A stretch of DNA of 64,000 nt from Octopus vulgaris (GCA_951406725.2 OX597824.1:55366001-55430000), one strand, 5' to 3'. Numbered from the stretch's first letter, positions 27,086 to 42,335 are shown. Program-made: numbers and translations. The notes: generated by a model from the letters alone, not told the origin.

Positions 27086-28690
27086 AATTTTCGTCCTAAA
27101 AAACTTTGTATGGATTGAATGGTTACCTCTATGGAAATATATACATGCACATTATACATACATGTGTGTATAGATGAATATATAAATACATTTAAATATC
27201 TATATACACTTTTGGGCGATCTTTCTTTTTCTTAGAGATAACTTTAGATCTTATTTTCATCCTAAAAAACTTTGTATGGAGTGAATGGTTACTTCTATGG
27301 AAATATATACACACACGTTATACATACATGTGTGCATAGATGAATATATAAATACATTTATATATCTATATACACTTTTGGGCGATCTTTCTGCTACTTA
27401 GAGATAACTTTAGATCTTATTTTCGTCCTAAAAAACTTTGTGCGGAGTGAATGGTTACATCTATGGAAATATATATACACACACATTATACATACATCTG
27501 TGTATAGATGAATATATAAATATATTTAAATATCTATATACACTTTTGGGCGATCTTTCTGCTACTTGGATATACTTTGGATCTTATATTCGTCCTAAAA
27601 AACTTTGTGCGGAGTGAATGGTTATGTGTATGGAAATATATACACACACATTATACATACATCTGTGTATAGATGAATATATAAATACATTTAAATATCT
27701 ATATACACTTTTGGGCGATCTTTCTGCTACTTGGATATACTTTAGATCTTATATTCGTCCTAAAAAACTTTGTATGAATTGAAATTTTTAAGAAAGGAAT
27801 TTGTTTACATACATGTCTGAAATGGCAAATGTTTGTGCAGTTGTCCGAAATGGAACCAGGGTAAATGTGTGGAACTGATGTATAATAATGAATAGTCCTT
27901 CTTGTTGTGAATATTAATTTGATGAATATGAACTGAAAACCAGTGGTGTAGCAAAAAGGATGACCAGTCTGACTGGCTCATCCGTGTCACACACTCACAC
28001 ACACGCACACACACACACATACACGTTAGCTTACAATTTTATTTATATATTTGCGTGTCTATGTGTGTAAAGAGGAAGTGGGAGTAATATGCAGAGTAAA
28101 GGCTTTGAAGTGAAATGGTAGTTTTCTCGAATTTTTTCTGAAATGGGGGTGAAATTGAAAGAAATTTTGTATGTCATGACCGAATGGAAGTACTTTGAAA
28201 AATCATAGGTAAACTGTAATTGAAGAAATTGTGTGAGGAGTAAATCGTTATGTATTTATTTGTTTCTGTTTGCTGTGTTTTTTTTTTGAGTAGTGGTTTA
28301 AGGTACACTTGCAAAGAGAAAGTATGAGAAATTATGGTGATAGCGTGAGTGATCCATTTTATATAAATACTTTCACTTTAATTGTTGCACACTTGCAAAG
28401 AGAAAGGAGGAGAAATTAGGGTGATAGCATGAGTGAAGCAGTTCGCTCCGTTTTTGTGTGTATGTGCTGTAGCCCACACTAAGAAAAGCACTTCACTTAC
28501 ACACCACAATGTGAGTTTTCTCAAAATTTTGCTTAATTGGGGTTGAAATTTGAAAAACTGTGCCTGGCACGACCCGATGTATTCTACTCTTAAAAATGCT
28601 AGGTAAATTGTAATTGAAGAAATCTTATATTGTAGATTTCTATAAGAGACAAAGGAAGGCAGATAAAATCTGCCTTTTATAATAAGAGAT
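27086..28690 (-). mobile_element. non-autonomous Helitron-like element hosting the 166-bp repeat
   Basis: Minus-strand 5' end aTCTCTTATTATAAAAG. Shares blocks (gaaaaccagtggtgtagca) with 46770-46870. Confidence 0.55.
27089..27775. repeat. 166-bp tandem repeat (~4.1 copies)
   Basis: tc(g/a)tcctaaaaaactttg recurs at 27091, 27257, 27423, 27590 and 27755. Confidence 0.92.
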
Positions 28691-28724
28691 TTATATATGT
28701 ATGTATGTATATATATATGTCTAT

Positions 28725-29420
28725 GCCATGACATGCTTAGGATGTGGTAACCACTATATTGGATAAACAGGATTATCACTCCATCGAAGAACCACCATTC
28801 ACAAAGAACAAATCCGCCACCCACAATACAGACAGTTACAGGTTAGTGAACACATAGAAAGGTGTGCTACAAATCTTAATCCTAATTTCCAAATTTTCCC
28901 CTTCTATCAATGTTCACAGAACACCTCAATGCAACAAAGATTGAATAAAAAGGCAATTTTCATCAATAAATATCTTCCCCAGCTAAATATGAACACATAA
29001 CATAATACAGAACACTACTAACCCTTCAATTAATACCACTAACACCCATACATCCCTTATACCATTCACATTACAATTCTATATCTAACCTAACTGCACA
29101 AAATCCAGAACTATTTACCTCCCTTAAAAATAATCTTTTTACTCAAGAACTAACACCGTTCATTAGCCGGTGTTCATTCAAAGCAATGAATAGACATACG
29201 AAACTGCGGTATGCTTGAATCTCTTCAATAATCTCATAATAATAACTTTTATGAATTTTATTACTTTTATTACTACCTCAGTTCATCTAATTGTATATAT
29301 CTGTCGTTATCTTTCATAAAAAGCCTTTTCTTTTATTATTTACAATGTGCATTTTCGTTGATTTTTCTTACTTTCCTCTTACATTTCCACGTGTAGTTTC
29401 TTTTTTTTTTTTTGTAACAT
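28725..29420 (+). mobile_element. Penelope-like 3' fragment (GIY-YIG and pseudo-LTR)
   Basis: YIG*TGLSLHRRTTIHKEQIRHPQYRQLQVSEHI. Degenerate hammerhead at 29143-29218 (GAAAC-ugcg-GUA, with helix I ucaagaa/ugcuuga). Confidence 0.7.
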
Positions 29421-29492
29421 ATTTCTACTATATATATGTATGTATGTATGTATGTATATGTATGTATGTATATGTATGTATATCTATCTATC

Positions 29493-29533
<41 letters not shown>

Positions 29534-29534
<1 letters not shown>

Positions 29535-29820
29535 GAGGCACAATGGCCCAGTGGTTAGGACAGCGGACACACTGTTGGAGGATCGAGGTTTCGATTCCCA
29601 GACTGGGCGTTGTGTGTGTTTATTGTGTGAAAACACCTAAAGCTCCATGAGGCTCCGGCAGGGGGTGGTGGCGACCCTGTTGTACCCTTTCACCCCAACT
29701 TTCTCTCACTCTTTCCTGTTTCTTGAGTAACGCTGCGATGGACTGGTGTCCCGTCCAGCTGGGTGGAACACATACGCCACAGAAACCATGAGCCTCGCTA
29801 GGCTTGAAAAGAGCACATAA
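29534..29820 (+). mobile_element. second tRNA-derived SINE family
   Basis: A box TGGCCCAGTGG, B box GTTTCGATTCC, and an A-rich tail. Confidence 0.75.
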
Positions 29821-29832
29821 AAAAATAAATAA

Positions 29833-30234
29833 ATATATATATATATGTATGTATGTATGTATGTATATATATAAGTATGTATGTATATATGTATGTATAT
29901 ATATATGTATATATATATATGTATATATACATATATGTATATATATATGTACATACATATATGTATATATACATATATGTATATATATATGTACATACAT
30001 ATATGTGTATATACATATACGTATATATACATATATGTATATATACGTATATGTATATATACATATATGTATATATACATATATGTATATATATATATGT
30101 ATATACATATATGTGTATATACATATATGTATATATATATGTATATACATATATGTTTATATACATATATGTATATATACATGCATGTATATATATATGT
30201 ATATATATGTATGTATATATATATATGTATATAT
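29833..30234. repeat. compound (TA)n/(TATG)n microsatellite
   Basis: Seen directly. Confidence 0.95.
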
Positions 30235-30765
30235 AGATAAATGAAAGAATGGAGTCGAATGGCGATTTAACAAAATTCCTTTATTCTCAACATATGTTTC
30301 GAAGACTGCATATTCCTAATTCCAAAGGAATAAGGGTGCATTATGCCGTCATCTTATCAGGAAAGACAAGGAACTTATGTCAGCATCATGACGAACAAAA
30401 ACTTTTAGATGACTGCCCACACGGAGTCCATAGTGATAATCACTATGGACTCCGTGTGGGCAGTCATAAGTTCCTTGTCTTTCCTGAAGAGAAGACAGCA
30501 TAATGCACCCTTTATTCCTTCGGAATTAGGAATATGCAGTCTTCGAAACATATGTCGAGAATAAAGGAATTTTGTTAAATCGCCGTTCGACTCCATTCTT
30601 TCATTTATCTATAGTAAAAAACACACAAATTTCCACACGAAAGCACGTGATTTCTGCCCTTGGCATGTAGCTTCAACCGTGTTTTCTGACGTAAATTTGC
30701 TACCCGGGTTTCGGTTAACCGAATTATCCATACTAGGATAATTCATTCAACTACTTAAACATTTT
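30232..30765 (+). mobile_element. PLE pseudo-LTR with a ~380-bp foldback (30232-30612)
   Basis: Near-perfect palindrome centred at ~30438. Same family as 37841-38215. Confidence 0.85.
30469..30571 (+). ncRNA. type I hammerhead ribozyme, canonical core
   Basis: CUGAAGA (30484-90); helix II GAAGAC/GUCUUC; GAAAC-AUAU-GUC with predicted cleavage after 30556. Helix I aguuccuugucuuuc/gagaauaaaggaauu has a 3x3 internal loop. Confidence 0.85.
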
Positions 30766-30837
30766 TATATGTATATATATATACATATATATATGATGTT
30801 AAATGATGATGATGTATATATATATGTATATATATTA

Positions 30838-31236
30838 CTCTTTTTACTTGTTTCAGTCATTTGACTGCGGCCATGCTGGAGCACCGCCTTTAGTCGAGCA
30901 AATCGACCCCGGGACTTATTCTTTGTAAGCCCAGTACTTATTCTATCGGTCTCTTTTGCCGAACCGCTAAGTAACGGGGACGTAAACACACCAGCATCGG
31001 TTGTCAAGCAATGCTAGGGGGACAAACACAGACACACAAACACACACATACATATACATATATATACATATATATGACAGGCTTATTTCAGTTTCCGTCT
31101 ACCAAATCCACTCCCAAGGCTTTGGTCGGCCCGAGGCTATAGTAGAAGACACTTGCCCAAGGTGCCACGCAGTGAGACTGAACCCGGAACCATGCGGTTG
31201 GTAAACAAGCTACTTACCACACAGCCACTCCTGCGC

Positions 31237-31237
<1 letters not shown>
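30838..31237 (-). mobile_element. tRNA-derived SINE (young-looking, CpGs retained)
   Basis: Reverse complement of the 18270 family. Confidence 0.88.
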
Positions 31238-31269
<32 letters not shown>

Positions 31270-31419
31270 ATATATATGTATATATATATATGTGTGTGTA
31301 TATATATGTATATATATATATATTTGTGTGTGTGTGTATTTATATATATATATAAGTATTTACTAACTAACTATGATTCTATATTAATAGAAATGAATAT
31401 ATATATATTTATATAAATA

Positions 31420-32148
31420 TGAAATGATTTCTATATTTTTTATCCCTACATAAGATACTAAAATTTATTGGAATCATTTGAAAAACTATCTAAAGGATAT
31501 TTATTTGAAATTCAAAAACAGAATTATGGCTGTTAAATGGTAAGGGACATTAAAAACCTCTAGAGCAGTAGTAGTCTCTATTCTCCCTACCCTACTTACT
31601 TCAGCCTACTAACTGTTGCTATAATACATTCAAATATGCCTTAGTTAAATTCCTCAAAATGAGGATGGATTTATGCCTTTGATATAAATAGAAAAAATTC
31701 TTGCTTGTCTCCATTGAACAAAGAATAGAAACCCCCTCCCCACTGATAGATCTAAATAACAAAGTGAACTCAGTGATAAAAAATCTACAGATGGAGAAAG
31801 ACATACTACCACCATGTTCTTAATGATGAAATTAACCTCTCTGTCTATATATCTGCCCTCTTTGTAATGTTGGCAGATGAAATAAGTATAAAAATGCACA
31901 TTGTCCGTTTAATTGTAAAATTCTATATGTGGCTGAAGATTGCTCGACATTTTAAAACTGATGTAATACTTACAGTGTTTAATAAAATGCAGTAGCATGA
32001 AACAATTGTACTACACTACCTTGGATATCCTTGTTGCTTATTTTGATTATAATCACCACATTTGATTTATATGGATAATACCATACCAAATTCTGGTGCC
32101 TTTAGCTTAAGTACCATATTCATTTGAATCTAAATTTTGCTGAACTTA
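31420..32148 (+). mobile_element. Penelope-like 3' fragment
   Basis: Similar to 16990-17420 (minus) and 34770-35005; carries a hammerhead motif. Confidence 0.6.
31928..32015 (+). ncRNA. hammerhead-like motif
   Basis: ugugg-CUGAAGA-uugcu...agcau-GAAAC-aauu-GUA-cuaca, with a 5-bp helix I. Confidence 0.65.
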
Positions 32149-32639
32149 TATGTATATATATATGTATATATATATACATATAAATATATATATATATGTA
32201 TATATATATACATATATATATATGTATATATATATATATCAATCAATATTGATTGATTGATTAATTTTTGACTAATTCTGAAATTTGTATCAGCAGCTTA
32301 TATTTGCTGCGGAGTAGATGTCGCGATTACGGTGAATTCGAAAATTTACGATATATAGACCCGAGGCTTAGATGGTGTAGCCTCGTGTATATATATCTGC
32401 CTCCTATTTTTGTGACTTTGCTGACGAGACAAGCCAAGCGTAAACGGATTTAATTTAATTTAATTAAATTTGATTGCGTGAAGATGTTGAAACCTTGCAG
32501 GGTACAAAGTTTGAAGGGGATAAATGTTTTTTATTTTCCTCTAGTTTCAGAAATACTATTTTTTGCGGTTTTGAGTTTTAGCTGCTCTTTTCAAGTGAGT
32601 CGAACGACCTTCTCAGGGTCATTCCTTAATATTTTGTTG

Positions 32640-32692
32640 TATATATATATATGTATATATATATGTATATATATATATATATGTATGTATAT

Positions 32693-32740
<48 letters not shown>

Positions 32741-32742
32741 AT

Positions 32743-32812
<70 letters not shown>

Positions 32813-32969
32813 GTATGTATATATATATGTATGTATATATATATGTATGTATATATATATGTATGTATATATATATGTATGTATATATATATGTATGTAT
32901 ATATATATGTATGTATATATATATGTATGTATATATATATGTATATATATATATGTATATATATATATG

Positions 32970-33027
<58 letters not shown>
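32640..33027. repeat. (TA)n/(TATG)n microsatellite
   Basis: Seen directly. Confidence 0.95.
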
Positions 33028-33028
<1 letters not shown>

Positions 33029-33066
33029 GAAAGAAGGTTTGAAAATGCAATTTAAAAGATGTTTAT

Positions 33067-33111
33067 TTACTTAACCGGTTTCACTCTTTGGAAAAAGATT
33101 GTCAAAAGTAA
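33067..33111 (-). ncRNA. degenerate minimal hammerhead motif
   Basis: uuacuu-UUGACAA-ucuuuuuccaaagagu-GAAAC-cg-GUU-aaguaa. Helix I is a perfect 6 bp, but the core is mutated. Confidence 0.45.
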
Positions 33112-33179
33112 CATAGAATATTATGAATTCAAAAAAGTTTTTTACATAATTGCCACATTACATATATATATATATATAT

Positions 33180-34234
33180 TGTTACGCCGCTACTCAGGGC
33201 CCAAGGCCTTCCAATTCCACCACGGGCCCTAAGTTGCAACGAAGACACTCAGTAAACCGGAAATCCACCACAGGAAGGGGGGAAGGCGGCGAACGCAGCC
33301 AGGAACCAACACAACAAAAGAGGAGACATACAGAGGGGTTACATAATTTAAACAATCTTTTTTCAAAACAAATTCAAAGCATTCCAAAACAAAGGTTGAC
33401 AAATCATGTACCGAGTTCAAAGAACAATCAATTGCATTTAAACATAATACAGAGTTCGAAAAACAAATAATTTAACATTTGACACAATACTGTTCGATTT
33501 TCTTTTCCAAGAAACATCATTTTACATTTAACACAAAGTTCACAATCAAAAAGGTTCCTTCTCCTTTTTAAAACATTTCCAAATTCTTTTTTTCTTCCTT
33601 TTCTTTTCTCTTAAAAACAGCCAACAATACGCTTTTTTTTTTTTACACAACAGTTCTCAAAGTTCCTTCTGCTTTTTTTTTTTAAAACAACACATTGACT
33701 CTATTTGAACATCGAAATTCAAAACACAAATAAAAAACATTACCGCATGTTCCATGCCTGCAACACTCCCTGAACATCACAACCCCCACTATAGTAGTCT
33801 GGCTTCTTTATGTCTCTCTGCCCCTTCACTGTCATCTTCCTTACTACCTCTCATCCTGTCTCTTGCCCACTCACTGTCTGTCTCTCTCTAGACCCTGGCT
33901 GTCATCTTTGTGGCTACCTCTCGCCGACTCCACCATCTCTAACTCACTCCCTTGTCTGCTCCGCTCACATTGACCCTCTCATGGTTTCTCGGTGACTGAC
34001 CAACTAACTTAATGCTAGCTATATTTATAACATTGTCCCAGCATTTTTATTTTTTTAAACTTTCCATGACCATGTGGGGGCCATAGATCACTTCCTACGA
34101 CCATTAATACTTGTGGCCTTTGACAGGACAAAGGAAATACCATTGTCCTGAACATCTTGAGCGCTGGTTCGGTTTCAACTAATCGAACAAGGGGCATAAT
34201 GTTTTTTTGTTCGTTTACTTTTCCTTGCCTCCGT

Positions 34235-34238
<4 letters not shown>
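33180..34238. mobile_element. solo LTR (probably Gypsy-type) in a TA microsatellite
   Basis: TGTTACG...CGTAACA 7-bp terminal inverted repeat, ATAT on both sides, no coding content. Confidence 0.75.
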
Positions 34239-34273
<35 letters not shown>

Positions 34274-34274
<1 letters not shown>

Positions 34275-35005
34275 CCAAGAAAAAAGTAACAAGAATGGAT
34301 CAGTAGTTTAGTACAATTGTTTCATTCTAAGAACATTTTGTTTAAAGCTGCAAATATTACAGCAAATATAATGTCAAGTATTCATCAGCTAAATCACATA
34401 TATGTTTTCCAAACATCCTAGAGAGTGTAAATATCCTTATGAAGTATTAGGAGTGAGTTCTATGAATTTGAAGTAAGATTATAAGCAGACTTTATGTTTT
34501 CCAACAATGCACAGTTTTTAAAAAAAGTTTTTAAAAATGATTAACTTCTCAGAGAAGTTAAATCCATCCATAAAAATGCAGATATAAGTTCCAGGAGACA
34601 TGAGGAAAGAGACTGGTCACACACCGGTTCAGTTCACATCTCTTTTTAAAAACTGTGCATTGTTGGAAAACATATAAAGTCTGCTTATAATCTTACTTCA
34701 AATTCATAGAACTCACTCCTAATACTTCATAAGGATATTTACACTCTCTAGGATGTTTGGAAAACATATATGTGATTTAGCTGATGAATACTTGACATTA
34801 TATTTGCTGTAATATTTGCAGCTTTAAATAAAATGTTCTTAGAATGAGACAATTGTACTAAACTACTGATCCATTCTTGTTACTTTTTTCTTGGTTATAA
34901 TCACCCCACATAATTTTATGGTTAATAACATAAAGAATCCTGGTGCATCTAAGTTAAGTACCATATTCATTTGAATTCATTTGAATCTTAATTGTTTTGC
35001 TGAAA
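34274..35005 (+). mobile_element. PLE pseudo-LTR with ~250-bp inverted arms
   Basis: 34274-34523 is reverse-complementary to 34643-34895 and nearly identical. Confidence 0.85.
34307..34393 (-). ncRNA. hammerhead motif with intact core (the plus-arm twin at 34776-34862 has GAAA->GAGA)
   Basis: uuuag-CUGAUGA-a...u-GAAAC-aauu-GUA-cuaaa. Confidence 0.65.
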
Positions 35006-35056
35006 TTATATATGTATATGTATATATGTATGTGTATATATATATATGTATATATT

Positions 35057-35089
<33 letters not shown>

Positions 35090-35128
35090 GTATGCATGTA
35101 TGTATGTATATATATATATATATGTATG

Positions 35129-35159
<31 letters not shown>

Positions 35160-35182
35160 GTATATATATATATATATGTATG

Positions 35183-35222
<40 letters not shown>

Positions 35223-35298
35223 TCGCCATGTTCAATCGCTAGCTTCTGCACGCATTTTTTTTCTTTCCTTGTTTCTCTCCGTGTTTCTTTTCTGTGTA

Positions 35299-35336
35299 TC
35301 TTTCTGTTGAAGAGCGTAGGCTCGAAACGTAAAAGA
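35299..35336 (+). ncRNA. minimal hammerhead variant inside a short repeat (35222-35433)
   Basis: ucuuu-CUGUUGAA-gagc guag gcuc-GAAAC-GUA-aaaga. Perfect helices I and II, and a loopless palindromic helix III (ACGU). Confidence 0.55.
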
Positions 35337-35432
35337 CTTGTTTTATTTATATTCCTGAGCGCCATACTAATACAATTGTTTTTTTGTACTCCACCTGCCT
35401 TCGTCTTTTGTTTATTTTCATAACGCTTCCCG

Positions 35433-36297
<865 letters not shown>

Positions 36298-36647
36298 AAC
36301 CCAGTACAACCTGTTGCATGGTCTGGCCGTCGGCGACTAAACCGGCAACCCCACCAAGCTTGCTTGGTGAGGAGGGTGTTGACTTGTTCTTTTCGGATTA
36401 TGGCTGCTGTTGCTTAGTGAGTGGGATTGACTCAGTGCACAGCCTTTCCTCACTTTAAAAAAAAATCTTCTTGCACAGGCATTGCACGATAACAACATTG
36501 TTCATGATTGTTGATGGTGCTGTGAGTCTCAACTGAATGGCTGGCTGTAGCCCTAAAAATCAAATAAAAGTCACATTCGATCACAGCTCCAATAACAGTT
36601 AAGCTTTGTGCAATAGCTATACTCGATAACATGGAGGCAGCCATCAT

Positions 36648-37840
<1,193 letters not shown>

Positions 37841-38215
37841 TTGATGACTGCCTACATGGTGTCCACGGTGGACGCCATGTAGGCAGTCATCAAAAAGTTT
37901 TTGCTCGTCTTGAGGCTGATAGAGGTTCCTTGTCTTTCCTGATGAGAAGACGGCATAATGCACCCTTTATTCCTTCGGAATTAAGAGTATGCAGTCTTCG
38001 AAACATGTGTTGAGAGTAAAGGAATTTTGTTAAAATCTTCGTTCGACTCCATTCTTTCATTTATTCATGTAAAAATAATACACAAATTTCCACACAAGAA
38101 CACAGGGTTTCTGCCTTTGGCATGTAGCTTCAACCATATTTTCTGACATGAATTTGCTACCCAGGTATCGATTAACCGAATTATCCATACTAGGATAATT
38201 CATTCACCTACTTAA
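37841..38215 (+). mobile_element. PLE pseudo-LTR copy with short 5' palindrome and hammerhead (37924-38026)
   Basis: Palindrome at 37841-37893; CUGAUGA-gaagac...gucuuc-GAAAC-augu-GUU. Homologous to 30440-30765. Confidence 0.8.
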
Positions 38216-38237
38216 ATATATATATATATATGTATAT

Positions 38238-38297
<60 letters not shown>

Positions 38298-38699
38298 GCA
38301 TATATATATATATATACATATATGTATATATATTTCTATAGCTCCTCTTACTTATCGATGTCTAAGATAAATTTAGCTCACGCATCTCCCCTAAATCTGC
38401 AACATATCTCTCTTTCAATTATGTCTCTTAATACCTACAACGAAGTATACCTTCTCCAAGAGATGAGATGCGCCCCTTCATGGCTGCTAGTTTTCGTGGT
38501 GCCTCCGCCACCTTTACCGGAAGTCCCAATTTTGTTATCCTTGGTTGTCTTCCATGAACACTTCTAAAGGCTTACGCCACCCCCACCCCTACTATACAAT
38601 GTTGTGATCATACAGTGGCAAAATATGATAGTGTAGTGTACGCGGTTTGAACTTGAGTTTATTGTTTGTCTATGAATCCTGCCAAATGCGAGTTTTCTT

Positions 38700-41600
38700 T
38701 TCAGGTACATGAAGCTACTGTCCCTCGTCCCAAGGTTCCTAGGGCCTATACCTCCCACACCCTCAGGGTTGGCCTCCTCAACGTCAGCACACTGAAAGGT
38801 AGGTCTGGCGAGATTGTTGAGATGCTTGAACGGAGATGTGTCGATATGTGCTGCATCCACGAAGTGAGGTGGAGAAGAGGTTCTGCTAGGTTCCTCACAA
38901 GCAAAAAACATAGGTACAAGATTTTCTGGGCTGGTAACACTGACGAGGTCGGGGGTGTGGGTATACTTCTCGTTGAAAAATGGGTAGATAAGGTAATTGA
39001 GGTAGTCAGAGTATGCGACAGAATACTTAAGATTAGATTAGTGGTTCATCATGGGTTAGCAACTATTATATCAGCCTATACCCGATGGACAGAACGACTG
39101 ATTCTATGACACCCTACTGCAGACTACCTCGTTGACGAATGACAGGGACCTTCTCTTTGTGGCTGGTGACTTCAATTGGCATGTTGGACAACATGCTGGG
39201 GGCTTCCATGGAGGCTACGGTTATGGTTCCCGCAACGAGGAGGGAACCAGGCTGCTGAAGTTCTGCGATGCGAATGATCTTATGGTTTGCAACACTAACT
39301 TCAGGAAACTTACTAGTCACCTACCGATCGGGCCGACATACTAGCCAAATTGACTACATCCTTGCTAGAAAAAGGGAAAGATGGCTGCTTATAAATGCCA
39401 AAATCTTCCCAGGCGAAGAATGTACCCCACAACACAGACTGGTAGTTAGTGACTTTAGGATCAGGACTAAGAGGACGACCAGAAGATGACCAACATGGAG
39501 AAGAAGGGTCTGGAGATTTAAAGATCCTGCAAATGGACAGAGATTTAGAGACATATTACTTGAAGCCTTTGACAAAATAGAAGGGGATATAGCTTCACAT
39601 GGGGTAGAGGACAACTGGAGGTTTCTAAGGGACAACCACAGATCTGGTCAGTGGCTGGTGCAAAGTCCCCTCAAGACCCAAAATAACGTGGTGGTGGAAC
39701 AATATTGTTGACAGGGCTATTAGACAAAAGAAACAGGCTTGGAAGGACTGGAAGAACGGTGGTAGCAGGGAAGTGTATCAGACTGCCAGAAGGGTAGCTA
39801 GGAGGCAGGTGTATTTAGCCAGAGAGGAAGCAGATAAGAAAAAACTTGCCAATGTTCTGCACCGTGAGGACGAAAGACTTGAGTTATTTTATGCTGCAAG
39901 ACAGTGTGTGAGAGAGAATCATGATGTGGTAGGAGAGAAATGTGTTTGCATGGATGATAGTTCACTTGCAAAAAATGAGGATGCAAAGAGAGTGGTTTGG
40001 AGACACCACTATGAAAGGTTGCTGAATAAAGAAAATGCATTTGGATAAAGAGAGTCTACTGAATGTCGACCCAACAGGGGGACCAGCTATCCATGTCGAC
40101 AGTTCCTTGGTAGTCAAGGCAATTAGAAGCGTGAAGACAGGGAAAGTCCCAGGCCCATCAGAAATTACTGCAGAGATGCTCAAAATATCTGGCAGTGTCA
40201 GCTACAGCCTAGTCACCCATATAGTTAACCAGGTGATACACGAAGGAGTCGTACCCAATGACTGGTGTAGCAGCATAATAGTTAACTGCTACAAAGGTAA
40301 AGGTGACACCCTAGATACAAATAATTACAGAGATATCAAGCTGTTGGATCAGATAATGAAGGTTACGGAGAGGGTCATAGCCCAACTGATTAGGGAGAGA
40401 GTCAACTTGGATGAGATGCAGTTTGGATTCGTGCCAGGGAAAAGCACCACTGATGCCATATTTCTGGTAAGACAGCTACAGGAGAAATACCTAGCCAAAG
40501 ATAAGCCCCTGTACCTGGCTTTTGTTGAGATGGAGAAAGCCTTTGACAGGGTTCCCTGATCCCTTATCTGGTGGTCAATGAGGAAACTAGGGATAGATGA
40601 ATGGTTAGTGAGAGCTGTGCAAGCCATGTACAGGGACGTAAGATAAGGGTTGGCAATTCAAGGTAGAGGTAGGGGTCCACCAGGGTTCAGTCCTCAGCCC
40701 CCTCCTATTTATCATAGTCCTCTAGGCAATAACAGAGGAATTCCAGACAGGATGCCACTGGGAGCTCCTCTATGCTGATGACCTTGCCCTAATTGCTGAG
40801 TCACTATCAGAACTAGAAGAGAAGTTTCAAGTGTGGAAAGAAGGATTAGAATCGAAGGGCCTTAGAATCAACCTAATAAGTAGGAAGGTAGCCAAACCAC
40901 AAATCCCTTCAGGTAGATGGCCCTGCTCGATCTGTAGTAGAAGTGTAGGTACAAACTCTATAAGATGTACCCAGTGTAAGCTATGGATACACAAGAGGTG
41001 CACTAATATCAATGGAAGGCTAACTTGGAAGATAGTTTTTGTATGTGGCAGATGCTCGGGAGCGATAAACACTGAAAATGTGCAGAGACCAACTTCTGCC
41101 ACATTCCAGGGAGAAAAACTAGAAGTAGTTGATAGCTTCTGTTATCTAGGTGACCAAATCAGTAGCGGAGGAGGGTGCACTGAAAGTGTAGCTGCTAGAA
41201 TAAGAATAGCTTGGGCAAAGTTCAGGGAGCTCTTACCTCTGCTGGTGACTACGGGCCTCTCACTCAGAGTAAAAGTTAGACTGTATGATGCATGTGTACA
41301 AACAGCCATGCTACACGGATATGCATAAGCTCGCAAGGAATGAAGCTAGTATGATCCGATAGATGTGTAATGTCAGTGTGCATACTCAACAGAGTGTAAG
41401 TACCTTGAGAGAAAAGTTGGACCTAAGAAGCATCAGATGTGGTGTGCAAGAGAGATGACTGCATTGGTATGGTCATGTGGTGAGAATGGATGAGGATAGC
41501 CGTGTCAAAAAGTGCCACACCCTCGCCGTTGAGGGAACCTGTGGAAGAGGTAGACCCAGGAAGACCTGGGATGAAGTGGTGAAGCATGACCTTCAAACAT

Positions 41601-42335
41601 TAGGCCTCACCAAGGAAATGACAAGCGACCGAGACCTTTGGAAATATGCTGTGCTCGAGAAGACCCAGCAAGCCAGATGAAACCATAACCCGTGGCCTAT
41701 GCCAGGGGCATAACCGGCCCGCCTATGCATAGCTTTTCCTTCTTTGGTCACTAAACTTTGCTTGCGAAGACCTGTTGTGGCAAGTGTAATCAAAATCAAA
41801 TCAAAATCAAAATCATTTCGATGACTGGCATCCATGCTAGCGGGGTGCAAAGAGCACCATACGAGTGTGATCATTGACAGAGAGGCTATTCGAGTATGAT
41901 CGTTACCAGCATCGCCTTACTGGCACTTATGCCTGTGCTAGTAGGGTGCCAAGAACATCATCCAAGCGTGATCGTTGTGATCGTTGCCAGAGCAACCAAC
42001 TGGCTTCCATACCCCTGGCATGTAAAAGGGCACCATTTCGAGCGTGATCATTACCAACGTCGCTTCAGTGGCACCTGTGTCGGTGGCACGTTTAAAAGAT
42101 TCAAGCGAGGTCATTGCCAGTACCGCCTGACTGGCCCCCGTGCATGTGGCACATAAAAAGCACCCACTACACTCTCGGAATGGTTGGCATTAGGAAGGGC
42201 ATCCAGCTGTAGAAACTCTGCCAGATCAAGACTGGAGCCTGGTGCAGGCATCTGGTTGCCATCCCTCAGTCAAAACCGTCCAACCCATGCTAGCAAGGAA
42301 AGTGGAAATTAAACGATAATGATGATGATGATGAT
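38700..42335 (+). mobile_element. near full-length RTE-clade LINE, inactivated (APE, RT, PHD-like finger)
   Basis: LNVSTLKG..CIHEVRW, AGDFNWHVG, SQIDYIL, QFGFVPGKST, HQGSVLSPLLF, LYADD, CSIC..CTQCKLWIHKRC, GRGRPRKTW; (GAT)n tail. Multiple stops and frameshifts. Confidence 0.93.

Noticed and set aside
32415-32450. CTGACGA motif
   Set aside because: No matching GAAA or helix lies downstream; the same holds for the CTGACGA near 46575.
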